NCBI GenBank assembly: GCA_040377305.1
Contig: JBEIPA010000022.1
Location: 17,503-81,502 of the forward strand
From: Flavobacteriales bacterium
Lineage (GTDB): Bacteria > Bacteroidota > Bacteroidia > Palsa-965
Direction of reading: 5' to 3'
DNA length: 64,000 bases
The translations under genes were made by a program, and so were the position numbers. Shown here one piece after another: positions 9,094 to 19,050 of the stretch. Below the pieces are notes generated by a model. That model was not told where the DNA came from and made no database searches. It saw only the letters and a program-made list of their open reading frames with translations. Position 1 is the first letter of the stretch. Each line of letters begins with the position of its first letter.

Positions 9094-9717
9094 TTACTCC
9101 GTCTTAAACGCTCCGCTCAATCGCACAATACCAATCTGTCCATTCCCCGGCTTCTCAACCGCAAGATTAAACGATCCGCATGCCTGATCACCTTCGATAT
9201 AGTCAAGCTTCACCGAACCTTGCTCATCCATTCCTAGTACCCAGTTGAAGTAAACTTTACCTTTTGAAGTGGTCATAGTAGTGAATGAACTGTAGTCCAT
9301 ATCACTCGCGCTGTGCTTGTACGTTGCAGGTTCAACTTTTTTTCCGTGACGGGCATAAAGCTCAATTACAAGATCAACCTGGTCGTCTTTGCGATCGCCT
9401 ACTAATTCGTCAGAAGCATAATTCTTGAGTGTGATTATTGCATTCGAATCGTTTGTCCACTCAATGTTCGATTGCTTTACCACAAAGTTTCCGGTTTCGA
9501 ATGCGTAGTCGCCCGACATTCCATACTCGTAATCTTTAATGGTAACCGCCACATTCGAACTTCCGGTACACACATCAACGTAAGCCGATTTAGGTTCTTC
9601 GTTCACGACAACTGTGTCGCCTTTTGCGGAATCGTTATCATTCGATTCTCCATCACCACAAGATGAAATTGTAAATGCTGCTGCAAACAGAGCAGGCAAG
9701 AGGATGTATTTTTTCAT
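9094..9717 (-). CDS. Hypothetical lipoprotein
   Basis: MKKYILLPALFAAAFTISSC lipobox; 207 aa. Confidence 0.8.
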   Translation of the reverse strand: MKKYILLPALFAAAFTISSCGDGESNDNDSAKGDTVVVNEEPKSAYVDVCTGSSNVAVTIKDYEYGMSGDYAFETGNFVVKQSNIEWTNDSNAIITLKNYASDELVGDRKDDQVDLVIELYARHGKKVEPATYKHSASDMDYSSFTTMTTSKGKVYFNWVLGMDEQGSVKLDYIEGDQACGSFNLAVEKPGNGQIGIVRLSGAFKTE

Positions 9718-9786
9718 AGGTCCGTTTTAGTTTCGCGAAAGCTACCCATAAACACCGGATCACCGTGAAATTCCACAGTGTGGAAA

Positions 9787-10272
9787 CTACTTTTCCAACG
9801 ATAAATTCGATATCAGGCTGTCTAATTCACGATAACTGGTTTCACGCGGAATGAAAACAGACTTGCCACTCTTCGCACTGTAAATCTTCGTCGCCGGAAT
9901 ATTTCCCTGCCACAATGAATCCACTTTCGGAATCCACTCGTTGTCGTAAATCTCGTCGAGAAAGTTTACTTCAGAGTGATACTTCTTCTTCTCGAGAAAC
10001 GGAATCAGGCGACCATTAATGTCTTTCTTGAAGTCGGTAGAGACGAGAATCACTTTTACTTTCTTTCCGGCGTAAGCAGAATCAATCTGCTCGAAGTATG
10101 GAAGCTCAGCCACACAAGGCGCACACCACGTTGCCCAGAAATTGACAACGTAGATAGTGTCGTTACCGGATTTCATACGGGAGTTGAGGTCGTCGATTTT
10201 TACTTGCGGAACTTTCAATGCTAACATCGAACCAACAGCAACAGCAGGAATCAGTAGGGCGAATAATTTCAT
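9787..10272 (-). CDS. TlpA/ResA-family thiol-disulfide oxidoreductase
   Basis: VVNFWATWCAPCVAELP. Confidence 0.9.
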   Translation of the reverse strand: MKLFALLIPAVAVGSMLALKVPQVKIDDLNSRMKSGNDTIYVVNFWATWCAPCVAELPYFEQIDSAYAGKKVKVILVSTDFKKDINGRLIPFLEKKKYHSEVNFLDEIYDNEWIPKVDSLWQGNIPATKIYSAKSGKSVFIPRETSYRELDSLISNLSLEK

Positions 10273-11975
10273 TTCTCTGAGAGGTATATCACATATCTGA
10301 ATCCAAGTGTGCTATGTGCCGAATCAGGATTACAAAATGTTTTAGCCTGCATTCCAGCAACATTCTTGCCGTGTTTGAGGGCGAAGCGTTCATCGTACCA
10401 ATTTGCACCGCGTACCAGTTTACCTTTTTTCGGAAGTTTGTCGTAATAATATTTCTCGTAATTCCGGATTAACTGCTCTTCGTTTGCGTAAGGGCCGTTA
10501 GGTACACGAAGGTGGCGTGTGAAAATTGCTCTCCAGTTGAGATCGAGATCTTCGCGCATCCATTCACTGACGTTACCGTCCATCCAGCACACGCCAGTTG
10601 TTTTATCATAATGAGCTTGCGAACGTTCATTCGATTCGCGATACCGAAGGTGCTTGTTGAATCCATCAGCATCAATTTGTACAGGTCCCGGATGCAGGTA
10701 GCCATCCTCACTGAAGTTTCCCCACATTTTTTGGTTGTTAAGTTCATGCCGACGCAATGGTTTATCATAATCATCGGTAAATGCCCAGAATGGTTTGCGG
10801 GGTGGTTTACCCGGGGAGAGAATTTCTTTCACCGTGTCGCGTGGATCGAATCTATATTCGTAAACCGGGATGTCCGTGGTGTAATCAAAGTATAGGGAAA
10901 GGTCAGTTTGCCAACTCCGGTCTGCAATTTCAAAATAGCGTCCTGCAAGTAAAATGATGTTTTCATCCTTCGTTTCAGCTGTTGAAACATAATCCCATTC
11001 TATTTCAGATGGCAACACACATTCAATTTTAACGTTGAGTTTCTTTTTATCTAAATATCTCTGCAACTGACATGTTTTCCATTCGAGAAATGCAAGACAC
11101 TGCCAGTAGTTTATGCCGGCTACTGCATAATCATCATAAGCTGGATGCCAGAAGTACATATTGGTCATTGGTTCACTTACGATACCAAAATGCCAATCTT
11201 CGATCCATGACAGAGTATCGGGGTAAACGTTGATTGTATCGAATCCGTACTCTAACGGTCGTTGTACAAACTTGTAATTTAACTTGCGTGCATTAATGTC
11301 TTTTCTCGAATAAAACCGCTCTTCCTTCGGGAGAATAAGCATAGTTACAGAATCAGTTTTGTTGTCGTACAGATCATATTTCTTTTTTCGATCAAGTAAT
11401 CCGTTGGGAAGAATGTACCCCAGCCGTGTTCGCGCAATTGAATCTGTTACCCATTGAACAAATTCGCGATACTCTTTATTCGAGACTTCATACTTCCTGA
11501 AGTAAAATGGTTTTGCATAATCTGAAGTAATTGATTGTGGAAAGTTGCTCGAAACGAGTGACCCGTGAATGGGATTATCAATCATTCCGGTAGTATCTGC
11601 GTAAAACCGAATGGAAGCAGGAACTACACCACGTCCTAGTTGTTCAGTATTTCCACGATCAACGCCTATAAAAAACTGACGACTATGTCCGGTGGTTGCC
11701 ATTTTCATGGGTTCAATAAGAATACAATCTTTAAACAAATCCTTCGGATGCGGTACTACCGGTTTCAGTCTTATTGCAAATTCTTTCGCACGGACTTCAC
11801 CCGCACTGTGAAAATCCCATCCCGCAGAATCTGTTGGAGTCAGGTAACCTGCTCGATAAGATTCGAACGCAATGCTTGGAGAGACACCGGGTAAAACCAG
11901 TAAACTGTCTGATCCACTCTGTGACCAGCAATCAAGAAACAACAAGGAACACCCCAAGGCAATCAGCTTTCTCAT
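10269..11975 (-). CDS. SUMF1/FGE-sulfatase domain protein (GldK/GldJ-like)
   Basis: FYFRKYEVSNKEYREFV, YFWHPAYDDYAVAGINYWQ, LPSEIEWDY, MDGNVSEW, RGANW, LGFR. Start placed at the signal-peptide ATG (MRKLIALGCSLLF) because the longer ORF overlaps the opposite-strand gene at 12081. Confidence 0.82.
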   Translation of the reverse strand: MRKLIALGCSLLFLDCWSQSGSDSLLVLPGVSPSIAFESYRAGYLTPTDSAGWDFHSAGEVRAKEFAIRLKPVVPHPKDLFKDCILIEPMKMATTGHSRQFFIGVDRGNTEQLGRGVVPASIRFYADTTGMIDNPIHGSLVSSNFPQSITSDYAKPFYFRKYEVSNKEYREFVQWVTDSIARTRLGYILPNGLLDRKKKYDLYDNKTDSVTMLILPKEERFYSRKDINARKLNYKFVQRPLEYGFDTINVYPDTLSWIEDWHFGIVSEPMTNMYFWHPAYDDYAVAGINYWQCLAFLEWKTCQLQRYLDKKKLNVKIECVLPSEIEWDYVSTAETKDENIILLAGRYFEIADRSWQTDLSLYFDYTTDIPVYEYRFDPRDTVKEILSPGKPPRKPFWAFTDDYDKPLRRHELNNQKMWGNFSEDGYLHPGPVQIDADGFNKHLRYRESNERSQAHYDKTTGVCWMDGNVSEWMREDLDLNWRAIFTRHLRVPNGPYANEEQLIRNYEKYYYDKLPKKGKLVRGANWYDERFALKHGKNVAGMQAKTFCNPDSAHSTLGFRYVIYLSEK

Positions 11976-12080
11976 ACAGTTATAATCGACGTCTATTCTA
12001 AAGTTACATGGAATAAACAGGTTCAAACGCGAAAGTGCCTTCAAAAATGCTAAATTTGACTCTCTCTGATACCCAAACCT

Positions 12081-12515
12081 ATGTCGGGCACTGTGCCCAT
12101 TTACAAGATTATCGCTCCCGCCATTCCATCGGCAGGTGTATATTTCTTTACCACGGATAGCGGTATCCAGTACGAAGTTCGCTTTGGACGCCGTCAAGAC
12201 AATATTCTTCACGCAACAATTGTATTTGGTGTCATCAACGATGAGTTTGATGGTGAAGAGTACGTGTTGACCAATCGCGGGGAAGTATTCCGCGTAATGA
12301 GCACCATTGTACAAATCGTGAAGATGTTCATGATTGAGCACCCAAAGATTGTTTCGTACGAGTTTACCGGAATCCCGAAAGAAGGCGAAGAAGATGAGAA
12401 AGCGTCTCAACGTACGTTGCTTTACAAACGCTATCTCCCCCGTATTTTCGAAACCGGATTTGACTTCAACTTCAAGGGCAACTCTGCGCTTGTTACGCGT
12501 ACATCGCGTTTTTAG
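12081..12515 (+). CDS. Hypothetical protein
   Basis: 144-aa ORF with genome-like codon usage, YFFTTDSGIQYEV...QRTLLYKRYL. Confidence 0.7.
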   Translation: MSGTVPIYKIIAPAIPSAGVYFFTTDSGIQYEVRFGRRQDNILHATIVFGVINDEFDGEEYVLTNRGEVFRVMSTIVQIVKMFMIEHPKIVSYEFTGIPKEGEEDEKASQRTLLYKRYLPRIFETGFDFNFKGNSALVTRTSRF

Positions 12516-12602
12516 GTCGCGAGACTGAACAAACTCCGCATTTCTTTTCACGACTTTTCATTGGTAAAATGATTCATTCGCCTGAATGAGCATATTTGCG
12601 GA

Positions 12603-13916
12603 GTGAAAGAGAAAGCAGGTGTAGCAATTCATTGGTTTCGTCGCGATTTGCGGCTGAACGATAATGCAGCATTGTATCATGCGTTGAAAAGTGGGCTGCA
12701 GGTTCAATGCGCTTTCATTTTCGATGAGAACATTCTCAGCAAACTCAACAAAGGCAGTGTCGATAAGCGCGTTGTTTTCATACACGAGCAGATAGCCCAC
12801 TTGTCGCTGGAACTACAGAAGCTTGGAGCATCGCTGGCCGTTTATCACGATACTGTAGAAAATGCCTGGGAGAAAATCGTGAAAGATTATCCGGTGAAGT
12901 CTGTGTTCACGAATCACGATTACGAGCCCTATGCAAGAAACCGCGATCAGAAAATCGGAAAATTTCTGCTGTCGAAGAATATCGAATTCCTCACCTGCAA
13001 GGATCAGGTAATTTTTGAAAAGGACGAAGTAGTCAAAGACGATGGCAAGCCCTACACCGTTTTTACGCCTTACAAAAATAAGTACCGCAAAAAGCTGACG
13101 GAGTTTTACCTGAAGTCTTATCCGAACAAAAAGTATGAAAAGAATTTTCTTCAGCAGAAACAGCACACGATTCCCACCATTGAATATCTCGGATTCGAAA
13201 ACGCGGAACTGAAATTTTCAACGCCGGTACTGACTGAGGAGTTGCTGAAAGATTATCAGAAGCATCGCGACTTTCCTGCAATCGCCGGCACATCACGTTT
13301 GAGTTTGCATTTACGCTTCGGAACGGTAAGTATTCGCGAGTTGTTTTCGTTTGCCGATCAGCACAGCGAAACCTGGACGAACGAGCTCATCTGGCGGGAA
13401 TTTTACATGCAGATTCTCTGGCATTTTCCGCACGTCGCGAAATCATCGTTCAAGCCGGATTACGACCGCATTCAATGGAGCAATAACGAAACAGAATTTG
13501 CTGCATGGTGTGAAGGTCGTACAGGCTATCCGCTCGTAGATGCAGGCATGCGCGAGCTCAACGCAACCGGATTCATGCATAATCGCGTGCGCATGGTTGT
13601 CGCGAGTTTTCTCGTGAAGCATTTGATGATCGACTATCGCTGGGGAGAAACCTACTTTGCGGAAAAGCTTCTCGACTTCGATCTGGCCGCAAACAACGGG
13701 GGCTGGCAATGGGCTGCAGGTTCAGGAACAGACGCAGCACCTTACTTCAGAATCTTCAATCCTTCGGAACAACTCAAACGTTTCGACCTGGAATTCAAAT
13801 ACGTGAAGAAATGGGTGCCGGAATTCGGAACGTCAGCTTATCCAGAACCGATTGTCGATCACAAGTTCGCGAGAGAACGTTGCCTTACGGTGTACAAGAA
13901 GTCGCTGAGCAAGTAG
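12603..13916 (+). CDS. phrB: Deoxyribodipyrimidine photolyase (class I)
   Basis: HWFRRDLRLNDN, TSRLSLHLRFG, ELIWREF, GRTGYPLVDAGMREL, GFMHNRVRM, NNGGWQW. Confidence 0.95.
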   Translation: MKEKAGVAIHWFRRDLRLNDNAALYHALKSGLQVQCAFIFDENILSKLNKGSVDKRVVFIHEQIAHLSLELQKLGASLAVYHDTVENAWEKIVKDYPVKSVFTNHDYEPYARNRDQKIGKFLLSKNIEFLTCKDQVIFEKDEVVKDDGKPYTVFTPYKNKYRKKLTEFYLKSYPNKKYEKNFLQQKQHTIPTIEYLGFENAELKFSTPVLTEELLKDYQKHRDFPAIAGTSRLSLHLRFGTVSIRELFSFADQHSETWTNELIWREFYMQILWHFPHVAKSSFKPDYDRIQWSNNETEFAAWCEGRTGYPLVDAGMRELNATGFMHNRVRMVVASFLVKHLMIDYRWGETYFAEKLLDFDLAANNGGWQWAAGSGTDAAPYFRIFNPSEQLKRFDLEFKYVKKWVPEFGTSAYPEPIVDHKFARERCLTVYKKSLSK

Positions 13917-13984
13917 CTATGGCAGTCGCGGTATGCAGTCAGTATCCAGTGACTATAAACTGACTGCGACTGCCGCTGCAACTG

Positions 13985-14662
13985 CTACTTCTTTTTAACC
14001 GGCGGCACAATTTTCTCCTTAAACTCCACTTCACACGGCACAACCAATTGATCCTCGAGAATGATCATATCACAACTCGTGGTCACCATCTCCAAGGTTT
14101 TAATGCTTCCATCCGGCATTTCCATTGGCATTTCCGAAGTAGTTGCAGCTGGTCCGGTAAAGACAAACGGATCTTCGAAGTGACTCGCAAGATCAATGTC
14201 TTTGATGTGTTGCTTCACACCAAAAACCTTCGTGTAAATTCCAACGATTGCACGCGTGACTTTTACGTTGATTAAGTTCTTCGTGCGGTCGTACCAGATC
14301 ATAACATCGCCCGTGCAGGGAGTCGAGTAGGAGAAGGGACCCGCAGTTACATTGACGTCCGTCACAAATTCCGATTTTCCCGGGTGCAGATAAATCTTCG
14401 GATTGATAAGCGTCCACTGAAAAGTATCTTCTACAAACAATACTTTGTAGGGCTCTTTGCCCGTTATATTTCCGAGTGCAGCCAGACTTTTGTTGATCAT
14501 CTCCTCGTGAAGAATCACCTTGAGATCATTCGGAGGATTTGAAACTACGGCCTTCTGCGGAGGCGGAACTGTCTTCGGCGGTTCAATTACAACGTGACGC
14601 GATTTGCATCCGAATATAACAAGACAGAAAAGTGAAAAAGCAATCAGCGAAAATGCTCTCAT
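13985..14662 (-). CDS. Hypothetical lipoprotein
   Basis: MRAFSLIAFSLFCLVIFGC lipobox; start moved to 14662. Confidence 0.75.
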   Translation of the reverse strand: MRAFSLIAFSLFCLVIFGCKSRHVVIEPPKTVPPPQKAVVSNPPNDLKVILHEEMINKSLAALGNITGKEPYKVLFVEDTFQWTLINPKIYLHPGKSEFVTDVNVTAGPFSYSTPCTGDVMIWYDRTKNLINVKVTRAIVGIYTKVFGVKQHIKDIDLASHFEDPFVFTGPAATTSEMPMEMPDGSIKTLEMVTTSCDMIILEDQLVVPCEVEFKEKIVPPVKKK

Positions 14663-14805
14663 GTTGACAAATGTACGGGGCCTGCGTCGCCTCTGTTGCA
14701 TTCGGGCAAGCTATTTGTATAATTGTATTGAAATTTTGTTCAACCGGAGATGAAACTCTGACGTTGACTATCGGGCAAACGAATACCATAAATAAACCAA
14801 AAGCA

Positions 14806-15342
14806 ATGAGTAACGCAATTTTGTTAGCGGCGGGATTTGTAGCGGGTACGCTCATCCTTTCGACTCCACCTGTCGGAGATATTTTCCCTGAACTCAAAGC
14901 AGAAACACTCGACGATAAAACGTTGACAATTCCTACCGACACAAAAGGGAAGTCTACACTCATTTGCATGGCGTACTCGGCCGATGCAGAAACCGACCTC
15001 AAAACCTGGTACGAGCCGACCTACGATAAATTTATCGCGAAGACAGAACTCATGTCGGATATGTATGATGTGAACGTGTACTTCATCCCTATGTTCACGG
15101 GTGTGAAAGCTGTGGGCGCCGACAAAGCAAAAGCCGACATGAAGAAAACGGTGCAGGAAGATTTACAACCGCATGTGGTTGTCTATCGGGGCAAGCTGGA
15201 AGACTACAAAGAGAAATTGAAAATGGATGACAAATCCAAGCCGTACATCTACGTACTTGATAAGGAAGGGAAAATCCTGTTTGTCACCAGCGGTGCGTAC
15301 ACCGAGGATAAGATGGACGAAATAGACGAATTTATAGAGTAG
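14806..15342 (+). CDS. Thioredoxin-like fold exported protein (no CxxC)
   Basis: FPELKAETLDDKTLTIP...PYIYVLDKEGKILF redoxin-like pattern; A-rich leader before ATG 14806. Confidence 0.7.
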   Translation: MSNAILLAAGFVAGTLILSTPPVGDIFPELKAETLDDKTLTIPTDTKGKSTLICMAYSADAETDLKTWYEPTYDKFIAKTELMSDMYDVNVYFIPMFTGVKAVGADKAKADMKKTVQEDLQPHVVVYRGKLEDYKEKLKMDDKSKPYIYVLDKEGKILFVTSGAYTEDKMDEIDEFIE

Positions 15343-15414
15343 TAACTGGCAAGTGGAAAGTGTCAGTGCAGTGGCCTTTGACTGCCTACTACGCTGCTGC
15401 ACTACTGCCTACTG

Positions 15415-15615
15415 TTACGCTACTACTTTCGCATTCGGATACTTCACCATCCACATCTCAAGGGCCTTCTGTGACTTAACCATGATTACGGTGCGGTAAT
15501 CAACCTGAAGCTTGATAATGTCAGCACCAGTTGTTTGTGGAGCTACAAGTTTTGGTTTGCGTGTACGGAAGTTTTTCATTTGTTTGCTTTCGCGGACTAG
15601 AACGAGTGGTTTCAT
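15415..15615 (-). CDS. Small hypothetical protein (paralog A)
   Basis: IKLQVDYRTVIMVKSQKALEMWMVKYPNAKVV matches the neighbouring ORF 16004-16156; the start could alternatively be 15579. Confidence 0.72.
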   Translation of the reverse strand: MKPLVLVRESKQMKNFRTRKPKLVAPQTTGADIIKLQVDYRTVIMVKSQKALEMWMVKYPNAKVVA

Positions 15616-15906
15616 TGTGGCTTGTTTTATATTCTATACAAATGAAACGATAATACAAGCGCACCTCTGGTCCAAATCGTTCAGTGGATTGAACCCCTCG
15701 ATGAACCGTAACACCCTCTCGTTGAGGATAAAAACCACGAAAATTTTAACGTTTACAGCGTCGGTTTATAACCTGTTAATTGCCCGGTGGATATCCGGTT
15801 CATTAACGGTTTATCGGATTCAAATGTCTGAGGGTCAGTGATTGACGGCCCAATTACGCGACAAACAATTTTTCGCTGTTTCGTTGTGTCCCACTTGGAA
15901 CGGTAC

Positions 15907-15934
15907 AAAAAAGCCCGCACTTAAAAGTGCGGGC
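15907..15934 (-). terminator. Intrinsic terminator
   Basis: On the minus strand GCCCGCACTT-TT-AAGTGCGGGC followed by TTTTTT. Confidence 0.75.
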
Positions 15935-16003
15935 CATACCGATTCGGTTAACCAGTATTTCAATGCAGCATTTGCGAAATTGTCTTCCGCACGTGCTGTG
16001 ATA

Positions 16004-16156
16004 TTAAGTGATAATCTTCGCTTCCGGGTGACGACTCATCCACATTTTCAGTGCTTCTTTTGTCTTCACGATAACAATCGTATTCCGATTGATTTGCAAT
16101 TTGATTCGTTCTCCAATAGAGAGTTTCTGTGGGGGAATATTATTTGGCTTTCTCAT
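16004..16156 (-). CDS. Small hypothetical protein, 50 aa (paralog B; missing from ORF track)
   Basis: Hand translation MRKPNNIPPQKLSIGERIKLQINRNTIVIVKTKEALKMWMSRHPEAKIIT*; clear similarity to 15415-15615. Confidence 0.72.
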   Translation of the reverse strand: MRKPNNIPPQKLSIGERIKLQINRNTIVIVKTKEALKMWMSRHPEAKIIT

Positions 16157-16229
16157 CTCAGTTCAGTTTATATTGTTGATACAGGTACGTCGAAAACCGT
16201 TCCACAGTTCACGGCATTAACAGAGTTTA

Positions 16230-18851
16230 TCAAGCTATGAGCTTATCTAATGCAATTGGCTCACGAAACACCATTTGCCGCTCAAAAACGTCGACTACTA
16301 CATGACCGCTGGTGGGAACTTTTCCGGCGAGAATCTGTTTTGACAGCTCATTCAGAACCTTCTTCTGTAGAATTCTTTTCACAGGTCGTGCACCGAACTG
16401 CGGATCGAATCCAAGTTCACTCAGCCAACTGATTGCTTCCGGTGTAGCAGACAAGTGAATGCCGCTGGACTCAATCATCTTCGCAATGGAATTGAACTGA
16501 AGCTTCACAATCTGATCAACATCTTCCCGTGTCAATGGAGCAAACATGATGATCTCATCGATACGATTCAGAAACTCCGGTCGTATTGTCTTCTTCAGCA
16601 AATCGAAAACTTCAGAACGTGTGTTCGCCAATACTTCTTCACGATTCTTATCCGTCATCTTCTCGAATTTCTCCTGGATGAGATGTGATCCCATGTTTGA
16701 AGTCATGATGATGATCGTGTTCTTGAAATTCACCACGCGACCTTTATTGTCGGTTAATCTTCCATCATCAAGAACCTGAAGCAGAATGTTGAATACGTCC
16801 GGATGTGCTTTCTCAATCTCGTCGAGAAGAATTACGGAGTACGGTTTTCTGCGAACAGCTTCTGTAAGCTGACCACCTTCTTCGTAGCCAACATATCCCG
16901 GAGGCGCACCAACAAGTCGCGATACTGCATGACGTTCCTGATATTCGCTCATGTCAATACGGGTCATCGACTGATCGTTGTTGAACAGAAACTCTGCCAG
17001 CGCTTTCGCCAATTCTGTTTTACCAACACCGGTCGTACCAAGGAAAATGAATGAACCAATGGGTTTCTTCGTGTCCTGCAATCCTGCGCGACTTCTTCTC
17101 ACCGCATCTGAAATGGCTTCAATGGCTTCGTGCTGTCCAACTACACGTTTGTGCAATTCATCTTCGAGATGCAGAAGCTTTTCTTTTTCACTCTGCAACA
17201 TTCTCGTCACGGGAATTCCGGTCCAACTGCTAACAACACCAGCAATATCTTCAGCATCAACTTCTTCTTTGATCATCTGGCGTCCTTCGCTTTGCATGAT
17301 TGCGAGTTCAGCCATTGCTTTATCTAAAGTGATTTCAGCTTCTTTGATACGACCATAACGTATCTCAGCAACTTTTCCGTAGTCGCCGGAACGTTCTGCT
17401 GCATCAGCTTCGAACTTGAGTTGTTCGATTTGTTCTTTCGCTTTCTGAATCGACTCAACAATCTCTTTTTCTGCCTGCCATTTCGCGCGAAGATCAGAAC
17501 GCTTGTCGTTGAGTTCTGCAATTTCTTTGTTCAGCACATCGAGCTTCAGCGTATCGTTCTCACGCTTGATGGCCTCGCGTTCAATTTCCAGCTGACGGAC
17601 TTTGCGTTCTACATCTTCCAGTTCAACCGGCATGGAGTTGATTTCCATCCGCATTTTGGAAGCAGCTTCATCAATGAGATCAATCGCTTTGTCCGGAAGA
17701 AAACGATCGTTGATATATCGCTGAGACAATTCAACGGCAGCAATAATCGCTTCGTCCTTAATGCGCACTTTGTGATGCGTCTCGTATTTCTCTTTGATCC
17801 CGCGTAGAATAGAAACAGCATCTTCCGAATTCGGCTCATCGACCATCACTTTCTGAAAGCGACGTTCGAGTGCTTTGTCTTTCTCGAAATATTTCTGGAA
17901 TTCGTTCAGCGTTGTTGCACCGATAGCTCGCAATTCTCCGCGCGCTAATGCAGGCTTGAGTATGTTTGCAGCATCCATTGCACCTTCACCTCCGCCACCT
18001 GCGCCTACAAGTGTGTGAATTTCGTCAATGAACAAAACAATTTCTCCGTTCGAGCCAATCACTTCCTTCACTACCGATTTCAATCGCTCTTCGAATTCAC
18101 CTTTGAACTTTGCACCTGCGATAAGCGCACCCATGTCAAGAGAAAATATTTGTTTGCTCTTCAGGTTCTCCGGAACATCGCCGTTCAGAATTCTATGTGC
18201 GAGTCCTTCTGCAATGGCCGTTTTTCCTACACCTGGCTCACCAACGAGAATCGGATTGTTTTTCGTTCTGCGCGAGAGTATCTGCAGCACGCGACGAATT
18301 TCTTCATCACGCCCAATCACCGGATCGAGCTTGCCGTTTCGGGCCTGCTGATTCAGATTAATCGCAAACTTGGAAAGCGCGTTGTACGTTTCTTCCTGCG
18401 ATGCACTCGTTACGCGTTCTCCCTTACGCAGTTCCTTGATCGCTGCCTTAAGATCTTTGGCATTCATGCCTTGATCTTTCATCATCTGCGCAACCTGGTC
18501 GCCGGCATCAAGCAATCCCAACAACAAGTGTTCAATGGAGACAAATTCGTCGTTGAAGTCTTTGAGGCTGTTTACGGCTTTCACAACGGCTTTATTCGCC
18601 TGTTGGGATAAATACTGTCCACCACCCGAAACCTTCGGATACGACTGCGTAATGCGTTCTGTGAGCTGCGTGAAGAGTGCACCGTTAATGTTCAGCTTCT
18701 TCAGCAGGAATGGGGTCACATTTTCATCCACAGTAAGAATACCTTTCAGAATATGACCGGTTTCAATGGCCTGGTTTCCCAATGTCATTGCTTCCTGTTG
18801 TGCAGTTTGAATAGCTTCCTGCGACTTTAATGTGAAATTATTGAGGTTCAT
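16230..18851 (-). CDS. clpB: ATP-dependent chaperone ClpB
   Basis: Two AAA+ modules ([16 protein letters not shown]), coiled-coil middle domain, [13 protein letters not shown]; 873 aa. Confidence 0.97.
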   Translation of the reverse strand: MNLNNFTLKSQEAIQTAQQEAMTLGNQAIETGHILKGILTVDENVTPFLLKKLNINGALFTQLTERITQSYPKVSGGGQYLSQQANKAVVKAVNSLKDFNDEFVSIEHLLLGLLDAGDQVAQMMKDQGMNAKDLKAAIKELRKGERVTSASQEETYNALSKFAINLNQQARNGKLDPVIGRDEEIRRVLQILSRRTKNNPILVGEPGVGKTAIAEGLAHRILNGDVPENLKSKQIFSLDMGALIAGAKFKGEFEERLKSVVKEVIGSNGEIVLFIDEIHTLVGAGGGGEGAMDAANILKPALARGELRAIGATTLNEFQKYFEKDKALERRFQKVMVDEPNSEDAVSILRGIKEKYETHHKVRIKDEAIIAAVELSQRYINDRFLPDKAIDLIDEAASKMRMEINSMPVELEDVERKVRQLEIEREAIKRENDTLKLDVLNKEIAELNDKRSDLRAKWQAEKEIVESIQKAKEQIEQLKFEADAAERSGDYGKVAEIRYGRIKEAEITLDKAMAELAIMQSEGRQMIKEEVDAEDIAGVVSSWTGIPVTRMLQSEKEKLLHLEDELHKRVVGQHEAIEAISDAVRRSRAGLQDTKKPIGSFIFLGTTGVGKTELAKALAEFLFNNDQSMTRIDMSEYQERHAVSRLVGAPPGYVGYEEGGQLTEAVRRKPYSVILLDEIEKAHPDVFNILLQVLDDGRLTDNKGRVVNFKNTIIIMTSNMGSHLIQEKFEKMTDKNREEVLANTRSEVFDLLKKTIRPEFLNRIDEIIMFAPLTREDVDQIVKLQFNSIAKMIESSGIHLSATPEAISWLSELGFDPQFGARPVKRILQKKVLNELSKQILAGKVPTSGHVVVDVFERQMVFREPIALDKLIA

Positions 18852-19050
18852 AGTAATCGTGTTTGCACTTGTGCTTCAAACTGCATTCCATTCCGCAATT
18901 GACGATTTTTCGTGCCACATTAACATGATCAAGGTCATTTTATAGACAAACTGGCATGGAATATAGATCATACGTGGACATTGTTAGGCACAAAAAATCC
19001 CGACCTGCATGAGCAAGCCGGGACAGAAACTGAATTCCTAAATCAGTTTA

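Noticed and set aside
11976-12551. N-terminal extension of the 760-aa ORF
   Set aside because: It is antisense to the 12081-12515 gene; a signal peptide begins at 11975.
15512-16240. Plus-strand ORFs 15512-15841 and 15842-16240
   Set aside because: No recognisable motifs; they overlap the two minus-strand microprotein genes and a terminator.
16218-16250. Possible tiny duplication of the clpB end (LDKL encoded twice)
   Set aside because: Only 12 nt with 3 mismatches; cannot be told from chance.
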